DNA of 64,000 nt. Origin: a phage. The position numbers and the translations under genes were made by a program. The DNA lies in the sequence record PZ445523.1. One strand, given 5' to 3'. This document shows positions 37,017-46,606 of the stretch, in pieces. Below the pieces are notes generated by a model. That model did not search any database, was not told where the DNA came from, and saw only the letters and a list, made by a program, of their open reading frames with translations. Numbering within the stretch: position 1 is the stretch's first letter; each line of letters starts with the position of its first letter.

Positions 37017-37682
37017 TTAAAATTTCATTTTTCGACCTTTAAACCATCCTTCTGGAATTGGGTCAGTTTTCTTAATACGTTTAGAAACTTTTTCATCTAA
37101 TGAATGAATCCACATCATACCAAATTGGGAATTCTTTTCACCTTTCTGGTGATTATTTTTAGCGTGAATTTCTTTCATTTTATTAATAGTTTCAAGAGTA
37201 TGATGCTTATTTAAAAATCTGCTATTATTTAAAAATTTTTCTTTGTATTCAGGAGTTGACCATAAACGTTTAAATACATTTGAACCATTTTTACGATATT
37301 TTTCTTGAAGTAAAATATCATTTTCAAAACGTGACTTAAACGATTTAGCTCCTTTTAAGCTAGCATCTTTCTTCTGGTTTAGCATTCCAGGAATATTTAC
37401 ATGATCCCATCCGCCTTCACCGCCAAGTTTTAAATTATACACATCTGGTCTATTTAAAAACTCTTCTGTGACAATATTTTTCTCGGCTTCAAGCATAGAT
37501 TCTTTATCATCAAAATACTCTAATATTTCTTTAGAAAAATTTTCTATACCATATTTATCTTGGGCTCTTTTTAATAATTTACCAGAACCCATATATCCAT
37601 CATCTAAATTTTCGGTAGAATGCACACCAATATAAATTTTATTATTAATTTTATTTGTTATTTTATAAGTGTAATAGAACAT
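37017..37682 (-). CDS. segB: GIY-YIG homing endonuclease SegB
   Basis: 221 aa; GIY-YIG motifs (YTYKITN...IYIGVHS...YMGSG); sits inside the tRNA cluster as in T4. Confidence 0.85.
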   Translation of the reverse strand: MFYYTYKITNKINNKIYIGVHSTENLDDGYMGSGKLLKRAQDKYGIENFSKEILEYFDDKESMLEAEKNIVTEEFLNRPDVYNLKLGGEGGWDHVNIPGMLNQKKDASLKGAKSFKSRFENDILLQEKYRKNGSNVFKRLWSTPEYKEKFLNNSRFLNKHHTLETINKMKEIHAKNNHQKGEKNSQFGMMWIHSLDEKVSKRIKKTDPIPEGWFKGRKMKF

Positions 37683-37723
37683 AAATATCTCCTATTTCTA
37701 AGAGTATTTATGTTCTCAAAATA

Positions 37724-37797
37724 TGACCCAGACCAGATTTGAACTGGTAACCTTTCCCTTATGAGGGGACTGCTGCTAACCATTGAGCTACAGGGCC
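37724..37797 (-). tRNA. tRNA-Ile (anticodon CAU) or tRNA-Met
   Basis: Cloverleaf with T-arm ACCAG-TTCAAAT-CTGGT and anticodon loop CUCAUAA; T4 encodes an AUA-reading tRNA-Ile here; one acceptor mismatch in my fold. Confidence 0.6.
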
Positions 37798-37798
37798 T

Positions 37799-37874
37799 TG
37801 GTGCTGATTGACGGAATCGAACCGCCGACCTTCTCATTACAAGTGAGTTGCTCTACCTACTGAGCTAAATCAGC
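37799..37874 (-). tRNA. tRNA-Thr (anticodon UGU)
   Basis: Acceptor GCUGAUU/AAUCAGC, anticodon loop CUUGUAA, T-arm GGTTCGATTCC, encoded CCA. Confidence 0.8.
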
Positions 37875-37876
37875 AA

Positions 37877-37963
37877 CGGAGGCGATAGGATTTGAACCTA
37901 TGAGTCGCCGGAGCGACTGCCGGTTTTCAAGACCGGTGCATTAAACCACTCTGCCACGCCTCC
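37877..37963 (-). tRNA. tRNA-Ser (anticodon UGA)
   Basis: Type II tRNA with long variable arm; acceptor GGAGGCG/CGCCUCC, anticodon loop CUUGAAA. Confidence 0.8.
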
Positions 37964-37965
37964 AG

Positions 37966-38039
37966 TCTCCGTGGCAGGATTTGAACCTACGACATTCTGC
38001 TCCCAAAGCAGACGCTCTACCAAACTGAGCTACACGGAG
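37966..38039 (-). tRNA. tRNA-Pro (anticodon UGG)
   Basis: Acceptor CUCCGUG/CACGGAG, anticodon loop UUUGGGA, T-arm GGTTCAAATCC. Confidence 0.8.
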
Positions 38040-38049
38040 TAAATTAAAT

Positions 38050-38123
<74 letters not shown>

Positions 38124-38128
38124 AAATT

Positions 38129-38215
38129 TGGTACGAGAAGTGGGACTCGAACCCACAAGGAAATCATTCCGCAGCATTTTAAGTGCTGTGCCTTTACCAA
38201 TTTGGCCATTCTCGC
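38129..38215 (-). tRNA. tRNA-Leu (anticodon UAA)
   Basis: Type II tRNA; acceptor GCGAGAA/UUCUCGU, anticodon loop CUUAAAA, encoded CCA. Confidence 0.8.
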
Positions 38216-38216
38216 G

Positions 38217-38289
38217 CTGGGAATAAAGGACTCGAACCTTTGCATCTAGCAGTCAAAGTGCTATGCCTTACCAACTTGGCTAATTCCCA
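38217..38289 (-). tRNA. tRNA-Gln (anticodon UUG)
   Basis: Acceptor UGGGAAU/AUUCCCA, anticodon loop CUUUGAC; abuts tRNA-Leu. Confidence 0.8.
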
Positions 38290-38386
38290 ATTATTAACAA
38301 AGGCTCTCAAACAAGAACCCTTGATGATAGAGGGTATTAATCAGTGCGGTATGAGTTAATAATAACAAATAATTCTTAAAGCATAT

Positions 38387-38674
38387 TTACCATTTATGAT
38401 AATACGTATTTACGATACATTCAAGACCCAAAGGATTCTTGAAAATATCATATTCAAGAGGACCTTTTTCTGTTTCAATAAAGAAATCAAAATTTACTGT
38501 ATTAAATTTACGGTCTTCCTTCACTAATTTAACTTGAGAAGATGAACGGTCAATGTAAACCTTTTCAACTTCAAAACATGTTAAAATTCCATAATCATCA
38601 ATCAAGGCTTTAGCAGCGTCTTGATCATATTTATATCCATTTTCAATGGACGATACTTTCGCATAAAGAATCAT
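38387..38674 (-). CDS. Hypothetical protein (95 aa)
   Basis: First ORF upstream of the tRNA cluster on the early strand. Confidence 0.5.
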   Translation of the reverse strand: MILYAKVSSIENGYKYDQDAAKALIDDYGILTCFEVEKVYIDRSSSQVKLVKEDRKFNTVNFDFFIETEKGPLEYDIFKNPLGLECIVNTYYHKW

Positions 38675-38676
38675 TA

Positions 38677-39087
38677 TCAGCCTCTATCAACGATAGTATG
38701 AGTATGGGCATTTACGATTTGCCACCAGTCGAAACGATTGGAACCATAATCTGGTTTATTTTCATTTTCTTTAATGATATCACGCAGTTTATCTTCTGTT
38801 TCAGCATACGCAATTAAATCATCATATCCACCACAAGGATAATAATTATCACCTGCGAATAAAAGAAAATTTACCTTAGATGGATTTACGTAATAATGGT
38901 CTTTAGGATATTTAGTTCCTCTCCAATCAGTTACTTCAACATAACGATAAGAAAATCCATTTTTACTTTCAATCCAACTCCACGCTTCAAAAGGAGTATT
39001 AAAAACTTTATCAGGTATTAAATTACCTTCAAAATGAGAAGGATTTGCATAATCCCCGGCATAAACATAATATTCGTTAATACTCAT
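38677..39087 (-). CDS. Hypothetical protein (136 aa)
   Basis: ORF on the early strand; aromatic-rich. Confidence 0.5.
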   Translation of the reverse strand: MSINEYYVYAGDYANPSHFEGNLIPDKVFNTPFEAWSWIESKNGFSYRYVEVTDWRGTKYPKDHYYVNPSKVNFLLFAGDNYYPCGGYDDLIAYAETEDKLRDIIKENENKPDYGSNRFDWWQIVNAHTHTIVDRG

Positions 39088-39273
39088 TTATTCACCTTTA
39101 GAAATTTTATCCATAACGATAGCGATTAAACCAATTAAAAATGCTACTACAAGTGAAAACACATTTTCTGCTGTAGTCAGTAATCCGCATATAAATCCAA
39201 CAAACATTGAAAAACTAAAAGCGGAAGCAGAAATTGCAATAGCAACATTTCGAATTAATTCACAGCGTTTCAT
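39088..39273 (-). CDS. Small membrane protein (61 aa)
   Basis: Two hydrophobic helices; downstream of an early promoter. Confidence 0.5.
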   Translation of the reverse strand: MKRCELIRNVAIAISASAFSFSMFVGFICGLLTTAENVFSLVVAFLIGLIAIVMDKISKGE

Positions 39274-39300
39274 TTTATTCTCCTCAGTAGTTGATAGGGT

Positions 39301-39331
39301 AATAATATCACCACCCTATCTAAAAGTAAAC
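39301..39331 (-). promoter_or_regulatory. Early promoter
   Basis: Minus-strand GTTTAC, spacer, TATTAT-like -10; then GAGGAG and ATG. Confidence 0.45.
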
Positions 39332-39341
39332 GGTTTATAAA

Positions 39342-39650
39342 CTATTTTATTCCGCGTGATGCAATTGTGTTCTGTCGTTTAACGCCAGTTTGTTTAAAGT
39401 CATGATTGTCGATTTGATCGGTACGAGCAACTCCGAATGATGATTTGATCTTAGCTTTAGATCCTTTAGTTATAGAAATAAACATCTCGGAAGCCCCTTT
39501 CTTAAAGTCCGAGGCGATTACTTCAACGCCGTTCTTAGCAAGTGACTTCAGAATTGCCTCCGCATACTCATCGTCAAGACTCGCCTGAGTATTAATAACG
39601 AATGTCTTTGGTGCAGCAGCTTCATTGATAAATTCTTTAAATGTTTTCAT
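39342..39650 (-). CDS. Internal-protein-like capsid-targeted protein (102 aa)
   Basis: Leader MKTFKEFINE followed by AAA; own copy of the duplicated promoter/leader module. Confidence 0.6.
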   Translation of the reverse strand: MKTFKEFINEAAAPKTFVINTQASLDDEYAEAILKSLAKNGVEVIASDFKKGASEMFISITKGSKAKIKSSFGVARTDQIDNHDFKQTGVKRQNTIASRGIK

Positions 39651-39679
39651 TTTATTTTCCTAATTAATTTTGATAGGGT

Positions 39680-39711
39680 AATAGTATCACTACTAAAACC
39701 CTGTGTAAACA
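39680..39711 (-). promoter_or_regulatory. Early promoter (module copy A)
   Basis: Minus-strand GTTTACA, 17-nt spacer, TACTAT; near-identical to the copy at 40010..40041. Confidence 0.5.
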
Positions 39712-39722
39712 ACTTTGTGAAA

Positions 39723-39980
39723 TTATTTTAAATCTTCTAATCGTTTCTTCATCTTAGAACCGTTCTTAGCGATTTCGCCTGCATCAGAGCATAATGCTAA
39801 AAGCGCTTTAACTTTAGTTTGGTCTCCTTTAAAAGATGAAGGATCAACAGCAGCAGCAAGTTCTTTAATACGAGAGAAAAGACGCTCAGCTTCAGCTAAA
39901 GCCATTCCAAGCTTTACTTCCATACCATGAGAAGATTCAGTAATAGTAGTTTTTGTAGCAAACTCTTTGAAAGTTTTCAT
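39723..39980 (-). CDS. Internal-protein-like capsid-targeted protein (85 aa)
   Basis: Leader MKTFKEFATKTTITE; occupies the T4 ipI position next to 57B, but the payload differs from recalled IPI. Confidence 0.55.
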   Translation of the reverse strand: MKTFKEFATKTTITESSHGMEVKLGMALAEAERLFSRIKELAAAVDPSSFKGDQTKVKALLALCSDAGEIAKNGSKMKKRLEDLK

Positions 39981-40009
39981 TTTATTTTCCTAATTAATTT
40001 TGATGAGGT

Positions 40010-40041
40010 AATAGTATCACTACCTCATCAGTATGTAAACA
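40010..40041 (-). promoter_or_regulatory. Early promoter (module copy B)
   Basis: Same architecture and flanking sequence as 39680..39711. Confidence 0.5.
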
Positions 40042-40052
40042 ACTTTGTGAAA

Positions 40053-40737
<685 letters not shown>

Positions 40738-40738
<1 letters not shown>

Positions 40739-41463
40739 TATAGTACCTTTAGTGTATTTTTAATTTTAGAAAAAAGTTCTTCAAGAGAACCATCGTTTGT
40801 AATTACTAAATCGCCATCACGAATTGGCAATCCAGCTTCTGTAATATGTGTATCATTGGATTTTTGACCAGGACGAACTACATGAATTACTGTAGCACCC
40901 ATCGCCCTAGCCGCATCCATTTCATGATCTTGACGAGTATCAGGAACGATATAATAATCATAACCTGTGTTAAATTTATCAAGATAATCTAAAGCAAATA
41001 ATTTTACCCAGTACATGCGGTCGAAGTTATTAACAATCAAATCCGTACCTAGGGCTTGCATCAGACGACGGACTGACCATTGATCTTCAATATTATTTAT
41101 AACGTCAATAATCTTGTTAAATGCTACGGAATTAACTGATTCTTGTCCTTCGTCATCAAAAACAAACACACCTTTAATTGGGCTTTTACCATTAAGATAG
41201 CAAAATGCTTGTTCCATAATCGTGATTACTTCTAATTTAGTCAGATTTAAATTAGTCTCACGATCATAGTCAATTCCTTCAAACTCTTTACGAGTTAAGC
41301 AAGGATAGTCGGTATTTGCTGCAAATACCCCCCATGCATAAACCAATGCATCCTTAATAGGACCAGCAAGTTGGTATTTAACTGCAGAATAATTGCTCAT
41401 GATAAAATCAGCAGTAGTATCTTTTCCACTACGCTTTACACCGCTTAAAAAGATTAGTTTCAT
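40738..41463 (-). CDS. 1: Deoxynucleoside monophosphate kinase gp1
   Basis: 241 aa from MKLIFLSGVKRSGKDT (P-loop); matches T4 gp1; ORF-track extension rejected. Confidence 0.92.
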
Positions 41464-41488
41464 GTGTTTCTCCTCAAATTTAATTAAG

Positions 41489-41514
41489 ATTATAACACAC
41501 AAAACTGAAGCATT
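41489..41514 (-). promoter_or_regulatory. Candidate MotA-dependent middle promoter upstream of gene 1
   Basis: Minus-strand AATGCTTCA (MotA-box-like), about 11-nt spacer, TATAAT; then GAGGAG and the gene 1 ATG. Confidence 0.45.
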
Positions 41515-42043
41515 AAACTTCTGCTATAATTTTACCATCTTTTTCTACTTGAAAATAGGTGTAAGGAATTGTTGCAGTACATACTAAAGCCGGGTCTGAA
41601 TCTTCCGTGTAGCTAAATTCTACTTCAGATAGGTCAGAAACCCAAGGCTTATAAAAATTTATTGACATCACGATTTCAGTTTTGCTATTATCTAAGATGT
41701 AAAGCGTAATGTACTCAGGACCTGTTTTTTGGGCAGTATTTTCACCTGTAAGATAGTTGCTAGTTCCTAGCATCCATTCATACATTCCTATCCATGACTT
41801 AAGTTCTTCATCAACTATAAATCTCACAATGAGTGGATCATACTCGAATGTAACACCTGGACGTTGTGCTCGGCCCAGTCCAAACGGCCCAGTCACGGTA
41901 TCAGTAACAGGTATTCTAATTCCTGGAATAGGAACTGACTGAGCATTTAAAGTAAAAGCAGATGTAGTATTACTATGTGGTATTGATACTACAAAGTTAG
42001 TTGTATTTGCTTGGTTAAAAATTTGTTGCAGAGCTTGCGACAT
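41513..42043 (-). CDS. 3: Tail completion / sheath stabiliser gp3
   Basis: 176 aa from MSQALQQIFNQ; matches T4 gp3 length and sequence. Confidence 0.9.
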   Translation of the reverse strand: MSQALQQIFNQANTTNFVVSIPHSNTTSAFTLNAQSVPIPGIRIPVTDTVTGPFGLGRAQRPGVTFEYDPLIVRFIVDEELKSWIGMYEWMLGTSNYLTGENTAQKTGPEYITLYILDNSKTEIVMSINFYKPWVSDLSEVEFSYTEDSDPALVCTATIPYTYFQVEKDGKIIAEV

Positions 42044-42149
42044 ATATTCCTCATAATGCTTTATAACTGTTGGTGGTATAATGGGTCTAAGTCCCTTCCA
42101 TTCAATTCCATTTAGAACAAACAACAGAAAAGAATGGAAGATAATAGAA

Positions 42150-42974
42150 TTAGATATTTGACCAGACTTTGTTTGCAGAGAAACGTTTTCCTTTTGAAAC
42201 GAACTGCTGAAGTGGCATTAACACAACGTTCGCCCAGTCTTTCGGGGCGATTTCAACAAGGCTACCCATAATATTACCAGGTATATATGCCTTAATCATT
42301 TGGTCTGCACCCCTAAATCCTTTCACTTGACTCCAATCAATTTTTAATTTCGTTTTATTAGTAATAGTAGGTGTATTTGCATATTGCTTTAAAAGCTCTT
42401 CTAGGAATTGCTGACGAGCTTTAGGTGGAATATAGTGCAAGTTTAATCCGTACATTAAATTATGCTTACCTAAACCAAGGTAAATTATCAAAGGAAATTT
42501 ATCCCAGTAAGGAAGAGTTTCCTTGTGTTTAGCATCATAAGCAAAAGCATATATTCGTCCCGGCTGCGGGCGAACAACTTTATGTCCTTTTACTTGCTTA
42601 ATAGTTTCAGCAAACCACTTTCTGGTTTTATTATTAATTGCTGCACCTTCATTACGAATTTTATCGCGCAATGTTTGTCTGAATGAATTTATCATAAGCA
42701 GTTGTCTTTCTTGCTTATTGAGTTTATTCATTGGTTTTGATTCAAGCTTTTGAATCTTTTCAGCCGTTTTAATTCCTGAAGCATATTTTGACATTGCCGA
42801 AGTAAACGTAGAGTATTTGATTCCTCTTTCTTCAGCAAATTGCTTTCCTGTCATTCCTTTTGCTTTGGCCTTTTTATATTCAAGACCTATCTGAATCCAT
42901 TTCTTTTCATTTAATGATTGCTTAACCTTTGGAACTTGGGGAGTGCTTTCATTAATTATTTGAAAAATAGCCAT
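42150..42974 (-). CDS. 2: DNA end protector protein gp2
   Basis: 274 aa; matches T4 gp2 by length and synteny. Confidence 0.88.
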
Positions 42975-43426
42975 TATGCCCCCTTAAAGCCAAGAGCTCG
43001 TAATCCATCTTCTGTTAGAATTCTAAATTTTATTCCACGCTTTTCAGCTAAAGATTGTGCTGCTTTCCATTTGTCAGTGTTCACAGACCAGGTATAAATT
43101 TCATTCATAAATCTTTTCTTCGCTGCTGTTGTTAGATGCGCCGGTTTAACTGGTGGTTGTGTTTCTTTTTTAGGTTTTATTTCAATAAAAAATTCTTGCC
43201 CAGAAGAATCTTTCATCCAAATATCCATGAAGTATCTACGTTTTTTCCCTTCTGCATTACAAAAATAAGGAATTACTGCTGTTTCACTACCCCATGCAAT
43301 AATTTCTGGATTTTTATCTAACCATTCAAAAAAGAATTTTTCCCAATTTGATCTATACGTAATTTTTTTAGGGTCACCTCTATACTTTGATATATTTTTA
43401 GGAACCCATTTTCCAGAATATGCCAT
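42974..43426 (-). CDS. 4: Head completion protein gp4
   Basis: 150 aa; matches T4 gp4 by length and synteny; overlaps gene 2 start. Confidence 0.88.
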
Positions 43427-43437
43427 TGGATTCTCCT

Positions 43438-43445
43438 TATAAATA
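43438..43445 (+). promoter_or_regulatory. Late promoter (TATAAATA) for gene 53
   Basis: Plus-strand TATAAATA about 28 nt upstream of the gene 53 ATG; AGGAGG Shine-Dalgarno. Confidence 0.6.
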
Positions 43446-43452
43446 GATAATA

Positions 43453-43460
43453 TATTTATA
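43453..43460 (-). promoter_or_regulatory. Late promoter (TATAAATA) for genes 4-2-3
   Basis: Minus-strand TATAAATA about 27 nt upstream of the gene 4 ATG; AAGGAG Shine-Dalgarno. Confidence 0.55.
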
Positions 43461-43473
43461 AACAGGAGGGCCC

Positions 43474-44064
43474 ATGCTCTTTACATTTTTTGATCCGATT
43501 GAATATGCGGCCAAAACGGTGAATAAAAACGCGCCGACTATTCCTATGACAGATATTTTTAGAAACTATAAAGACTATTTTAAACGTGCTCTTGCGGGAT
43601 ACCGCTTACGTACTTATTATATTAAAGGTTCACCACGCCCGGAAGAATTAGCAAATACTATATATGGAAATCCACAGTTGTATTGGGTTTTATTGATGTG
43701 TAATGATAATTATGATCCATATTATGGATGGATTACTTCGCAAGAAGCTGCTTATCAAGCATCTATACAAAAATACAAAAATGTAGGTGGAGACCAAATA
43801 GTATATCACGTGAATGAGAATGGTGAAAAATTTTATAATTTAGTATCATACGATGATAATCCATATGTTTGGTATGACAAAGGTGATAAAGCTAGAAAAT
43901 ATCCTCAATATGAAGGAGCGCTTGCTGCGGTCGATACGTATGAAGCGGCTGTTCTTGAAAATGAAAAACTTCGTCAAATAAAAATAATAGCAAAATCAGA
44001 CATCAATTCATTTATGAACGACCTTATACGTATAATGGAGAAATCTTATGGAAATGATAAGTAA
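43474..44064 (+). CDS. 53: Baseplate wedge protein gp53
   Basis: 196 aa; first gene of the plus-strand late module; matches T4 gp53. Confidence 0.9.
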   Translation: MLFTFFDPIEYAAKTVNKNAPTIPMTDIFRNYKDYFKRALAGYRLRTYYIKGSPRPEELANTIYGNPQLYWVLLMCNDNYDPYYGWITSQEAAYQASIQKYKNVGGDQIVYHVNENGEKFYNLVSYDDNPYVWYDKGDKARKYPQYEGALAAVDTYEAAVLENEKLRQIKIIAKSDINSFMNDLIRIMEKSYGNDK

Positions 44065-45775
44065 TAACCTTAATTGGTTTGTTGGTGTTGTTGAAGATAG
44101 AATGGACCCATTAAAATTAGGTCGTGTTCGTGTTCGTGTGGTTGGTCTGCATCCACCTCAAAGAGCACAAGGTGATGTAATGGGTATTCCAACTGAAAAA
44201 TTACCATGGATGTCAGTTATTCAACCTATAACTTCTGCAGCAATGTCAGGAATTGGAGGTTCTGTTACAGGACCAGTAGAAGGAACTAGAGTTTATGGTC
44301 ATTTTTTAGACAAATGGAAAACTAACGGAATTGTCCTTGGCACGTATGGTGGAATAGTTCGCGAAAAACCGAATAGACTTGAAGGATTTTCTGACCCAAC
44401 TGGGCAATATCCTAGACGTTTAGGAAATGATACTAATGTATTAAACCAAGGCGGAGAAGTAGGATATGATTCGTCTTCTAATATTATTCAAGATAGTAAT
44501 CTAGACACCGCAATAAATCCCGATGATAGACCGCTATCAGAGATTCCAACCGATGATAATCCAAATATGTCAATGGCTGACATGCTTCGCCGTGATGAAG
44601 GATTAAGACTAAAAGTTTATTGGGATACTGAAGGATATCCGACAATTGGTATTGGTCATCTTATCATGAAGCAGCCAGTTCGTGATATGGCTCAAATTAA
44701 TAAAGTTTTATCAAAACAAGTTGGTCGTGAAATTACTGGAAACCCAGGTTCTATTACGATGGAAGAGGCGACGACTTTATTTGAACGTGATTTGGCTGAT
44801 ATGCAACGGGACATTAAATCACATTCTAAAGTAGGACCAGTCTGGCAAGCTGTCAACCGTTCTCGTCAAATGGCGTTAGAAAATATGGCATTTCAAATGG
44901 GTGTTGGCGGTGTAGCTAAATTTAACACAATGTTAACTGCTATGTTAGCCGGAGATTGGGAAAAAGCATATAAAGCTGGTCGTGATTCATTGTGGTATCA
45001 ACAAACAAAAGGCCGTGCATCCCGTGTTACCATGATTATTCTTACGGGGAATTTGGAATCATATGGTGTTGAAGTGAAAACCCCAGCTAGGTCTCTATCA
45101 GCAATGGCTGCTACTGTAGCTAAATCTTCTGACCCGGCTGACCCTCCTATTCCAAATGACTCGAGAATTTTATTCAAAGAACCAGTTTCTTCATATAAAG
45201 GCGAATATCCTTATGTGCATACAATGGAAACTGAAAGCGGACATATCCAAGAATTTGATGATACCCCTGGGCAAGAACGATACAGATTAGTTCATCCGAC
45301 TGGAACTTATGAAGAAGTATCACCGTCAGGAAGAAGAACAAGAAAAACTGTCGATAATTTGTATGATATAACCAACGCTGATGGTAATTTTTTGGTAGCC
45401 GGTGATAAAAAGACTAACGTCGGTGGATCAGAAATTTATTACAACATGGATAATCGTCTTCACCAAATAGATGGAAGCAATACAATATTTGTACGTGGCG
45501 ATGAAACTAAGACGGTTGAAGGTAATGGAACTATCCTAGTTAAAGGTAATGTTACTATTGTAGTTGAAGGTAATGCTGACATCACAGTTAAAGGAGATGC
45601 TACCACTTTAGTTGAAGGTAATCAAACTAATACAGTAAATGGAAATCTTTCTTGGAAAGTTGCTGGGACAGTTGATTGGGACGTTGGTGGTGATTGGACA
45701 GAAAAAATGGCATCTATGAGTTCTATTTCATCTGGTCAATACACAATTGATGGATCGAGGATTGACATTGGCTAA
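44048..45775 (+). CDS. 5: Baseplate central spike with lysozyme domain, gp5
   Basis: 575 aa; central T4-lysozyme-like domain (DEGLRLKVYWDTEGYPTIGIGHL) and C-terminal VxGxxxxx beta-helix repeats. Confidence 0.95.
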   Translation: MEMISNNLNWFVGVVEDRMDPLKLGRVRVRVVGLHPPQRAQGDVMGIPTEKLPWMSVIQPITSAAMSGIGGSVTGPVEGTRVYGHFLDKWKTNGIVLGTYGGIVREKPNRLEGFSDPTGQYPRRLGNDTNVLNQGGEVGYDSSSNIIQDSNLDTAINPDDRPLSEIPTDDNPNMSMADMLRRDEGLRLKVYWDTEGYPTIGIGHLIMKQPVRDMAQINKVLSKQVGREITGNPGSITMEEATTLFERDLADMQRDIKSHSKVGPVWQAVNRSRQMALENMAFQMGVGGVAKFNTMLTAMLAGDWEKAYKAGRDSLWYQQTKGRASRVTMIILTGNLESYGVEVKTPARSLSAMAATVAKSSDPADPPIPNDSRILFKEPVSSYKGEYPYVHTMETESGHIQEFDDTPGQERYRLVHPTGTYEEVSPSGRRTRKTVDNLYDITNADGNFLVAGDKKTNVGGSEIYYNMDNRLHQIDGSNTIFVRGDETKTVEGNGTILVKGNVTIVVEGNADITVKGDATTLVEGNQTNTVNGNLSWKVAGTVDWDVGGDWTEKMASMSSISSGQYTIDGSRIDIG

Positions 45776-46304
45776 TATACTTCCAATGAGCGCTGATTTA
45801 GGAGAATCCATGGAAGGTTCTTCTATCGACGTCACCTTTACCGCTCAATTAGAAACAGGTGAAACGTTAGTATCTATAAATATAACTAGTTACGAAGAAA
45901 CTCCTGGGGTTTTAGTAGAAGAAAATCGCTTATACGGAACATATGAATCTGTGTTTGGATTTGGAAATGACGCGTTGAAATATCGACTAGGCGATGAATT
46001 TAGAACTGCTGCTTCATGGGAAGAACTTCCTATTGATTCTGATACTCAGTTGTATTTGTGGAAAGCTCCTCAAAATCTCCAGAAGACATTCACTTACGAA
46101 GTAACATTAATATATGACTACCAAGAACAAAGCGAATCTGGAGGTTCTGGCAGTAATTCTAGGTCATCTTCTGATACTACTGAACCGACAGATCCTCCTG
46201 CTCCAGTAAGAAAAACTCTAGTTAAAAATTACACAAAAACTATAGTTGGAAATTGGAGTCGTTGGGCTAATAAATTAAGAAGCTATGTATATGAGAGGTC
46301 ATAA
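45747..46304 (+). CDS. Hypothetical protein (gene 5.1 position)
   Basis: 185 aa ORF between genes 5 and 5.4; Ser-rich segment. Confidence 0.6.
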   Translation: MMDRGLTLANILPMSADLGESMEGSSIDVTFTAQLETGETLVSINITSYEETPGVLVEENRLYGTYESVFGFGNDALKYRLGDEFRTAASWEELPIDSDTQLYLWKAPQNLQKTFTYEVTLIYDYQEQSESGGSGSNSRSSSDTTEPTDPPAPVRKTLVKNYTKTIVGNWSRWANKLRSYVYERS

Positions 46305-46598
46305 ATGTCAGGATTGAGTTATGATAAGTGTGTTACTGCTGGCCATGAAGCGTGGCCTCCAACAGTTGTGAATGCTACGCAAAGTAAAGTATTCACTGGA
46401 GGAATTGCTGTTCTAGTAGAAGGCGATCCAATTACAGAACATACAGAAATTAAAAAACCATATGAAACACATGGCGGAGTGACACAACCCAGAACTTCTA
46501 AGGTATATGTCACTGGAAAGAAAGCTGTTCAAATGGCTGATCCAATATCATGTGGTGATACTGTGGCTCAGGCATCATCTAAAGTATTCATTAAATAG
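46305..46598 (+). CDS. 5.4: PAAR-repeat spike-tip protein gp5.4
   Basis: 97 aa; PAAR-like fold pattern; position before gene 6 as in T4. Confidence 0.85.
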   Translation: MSGLSYDKCVTAGHEAWPPTVVNATQSKVFTGGIAVLVEGDPITEHTEIKKPYETHGGVTQPRTSKVYVTGKKAVQMADPISCGDTVAQASSKVFIK

Positions 46599-46606
46599 GA
46601 TTTAAA

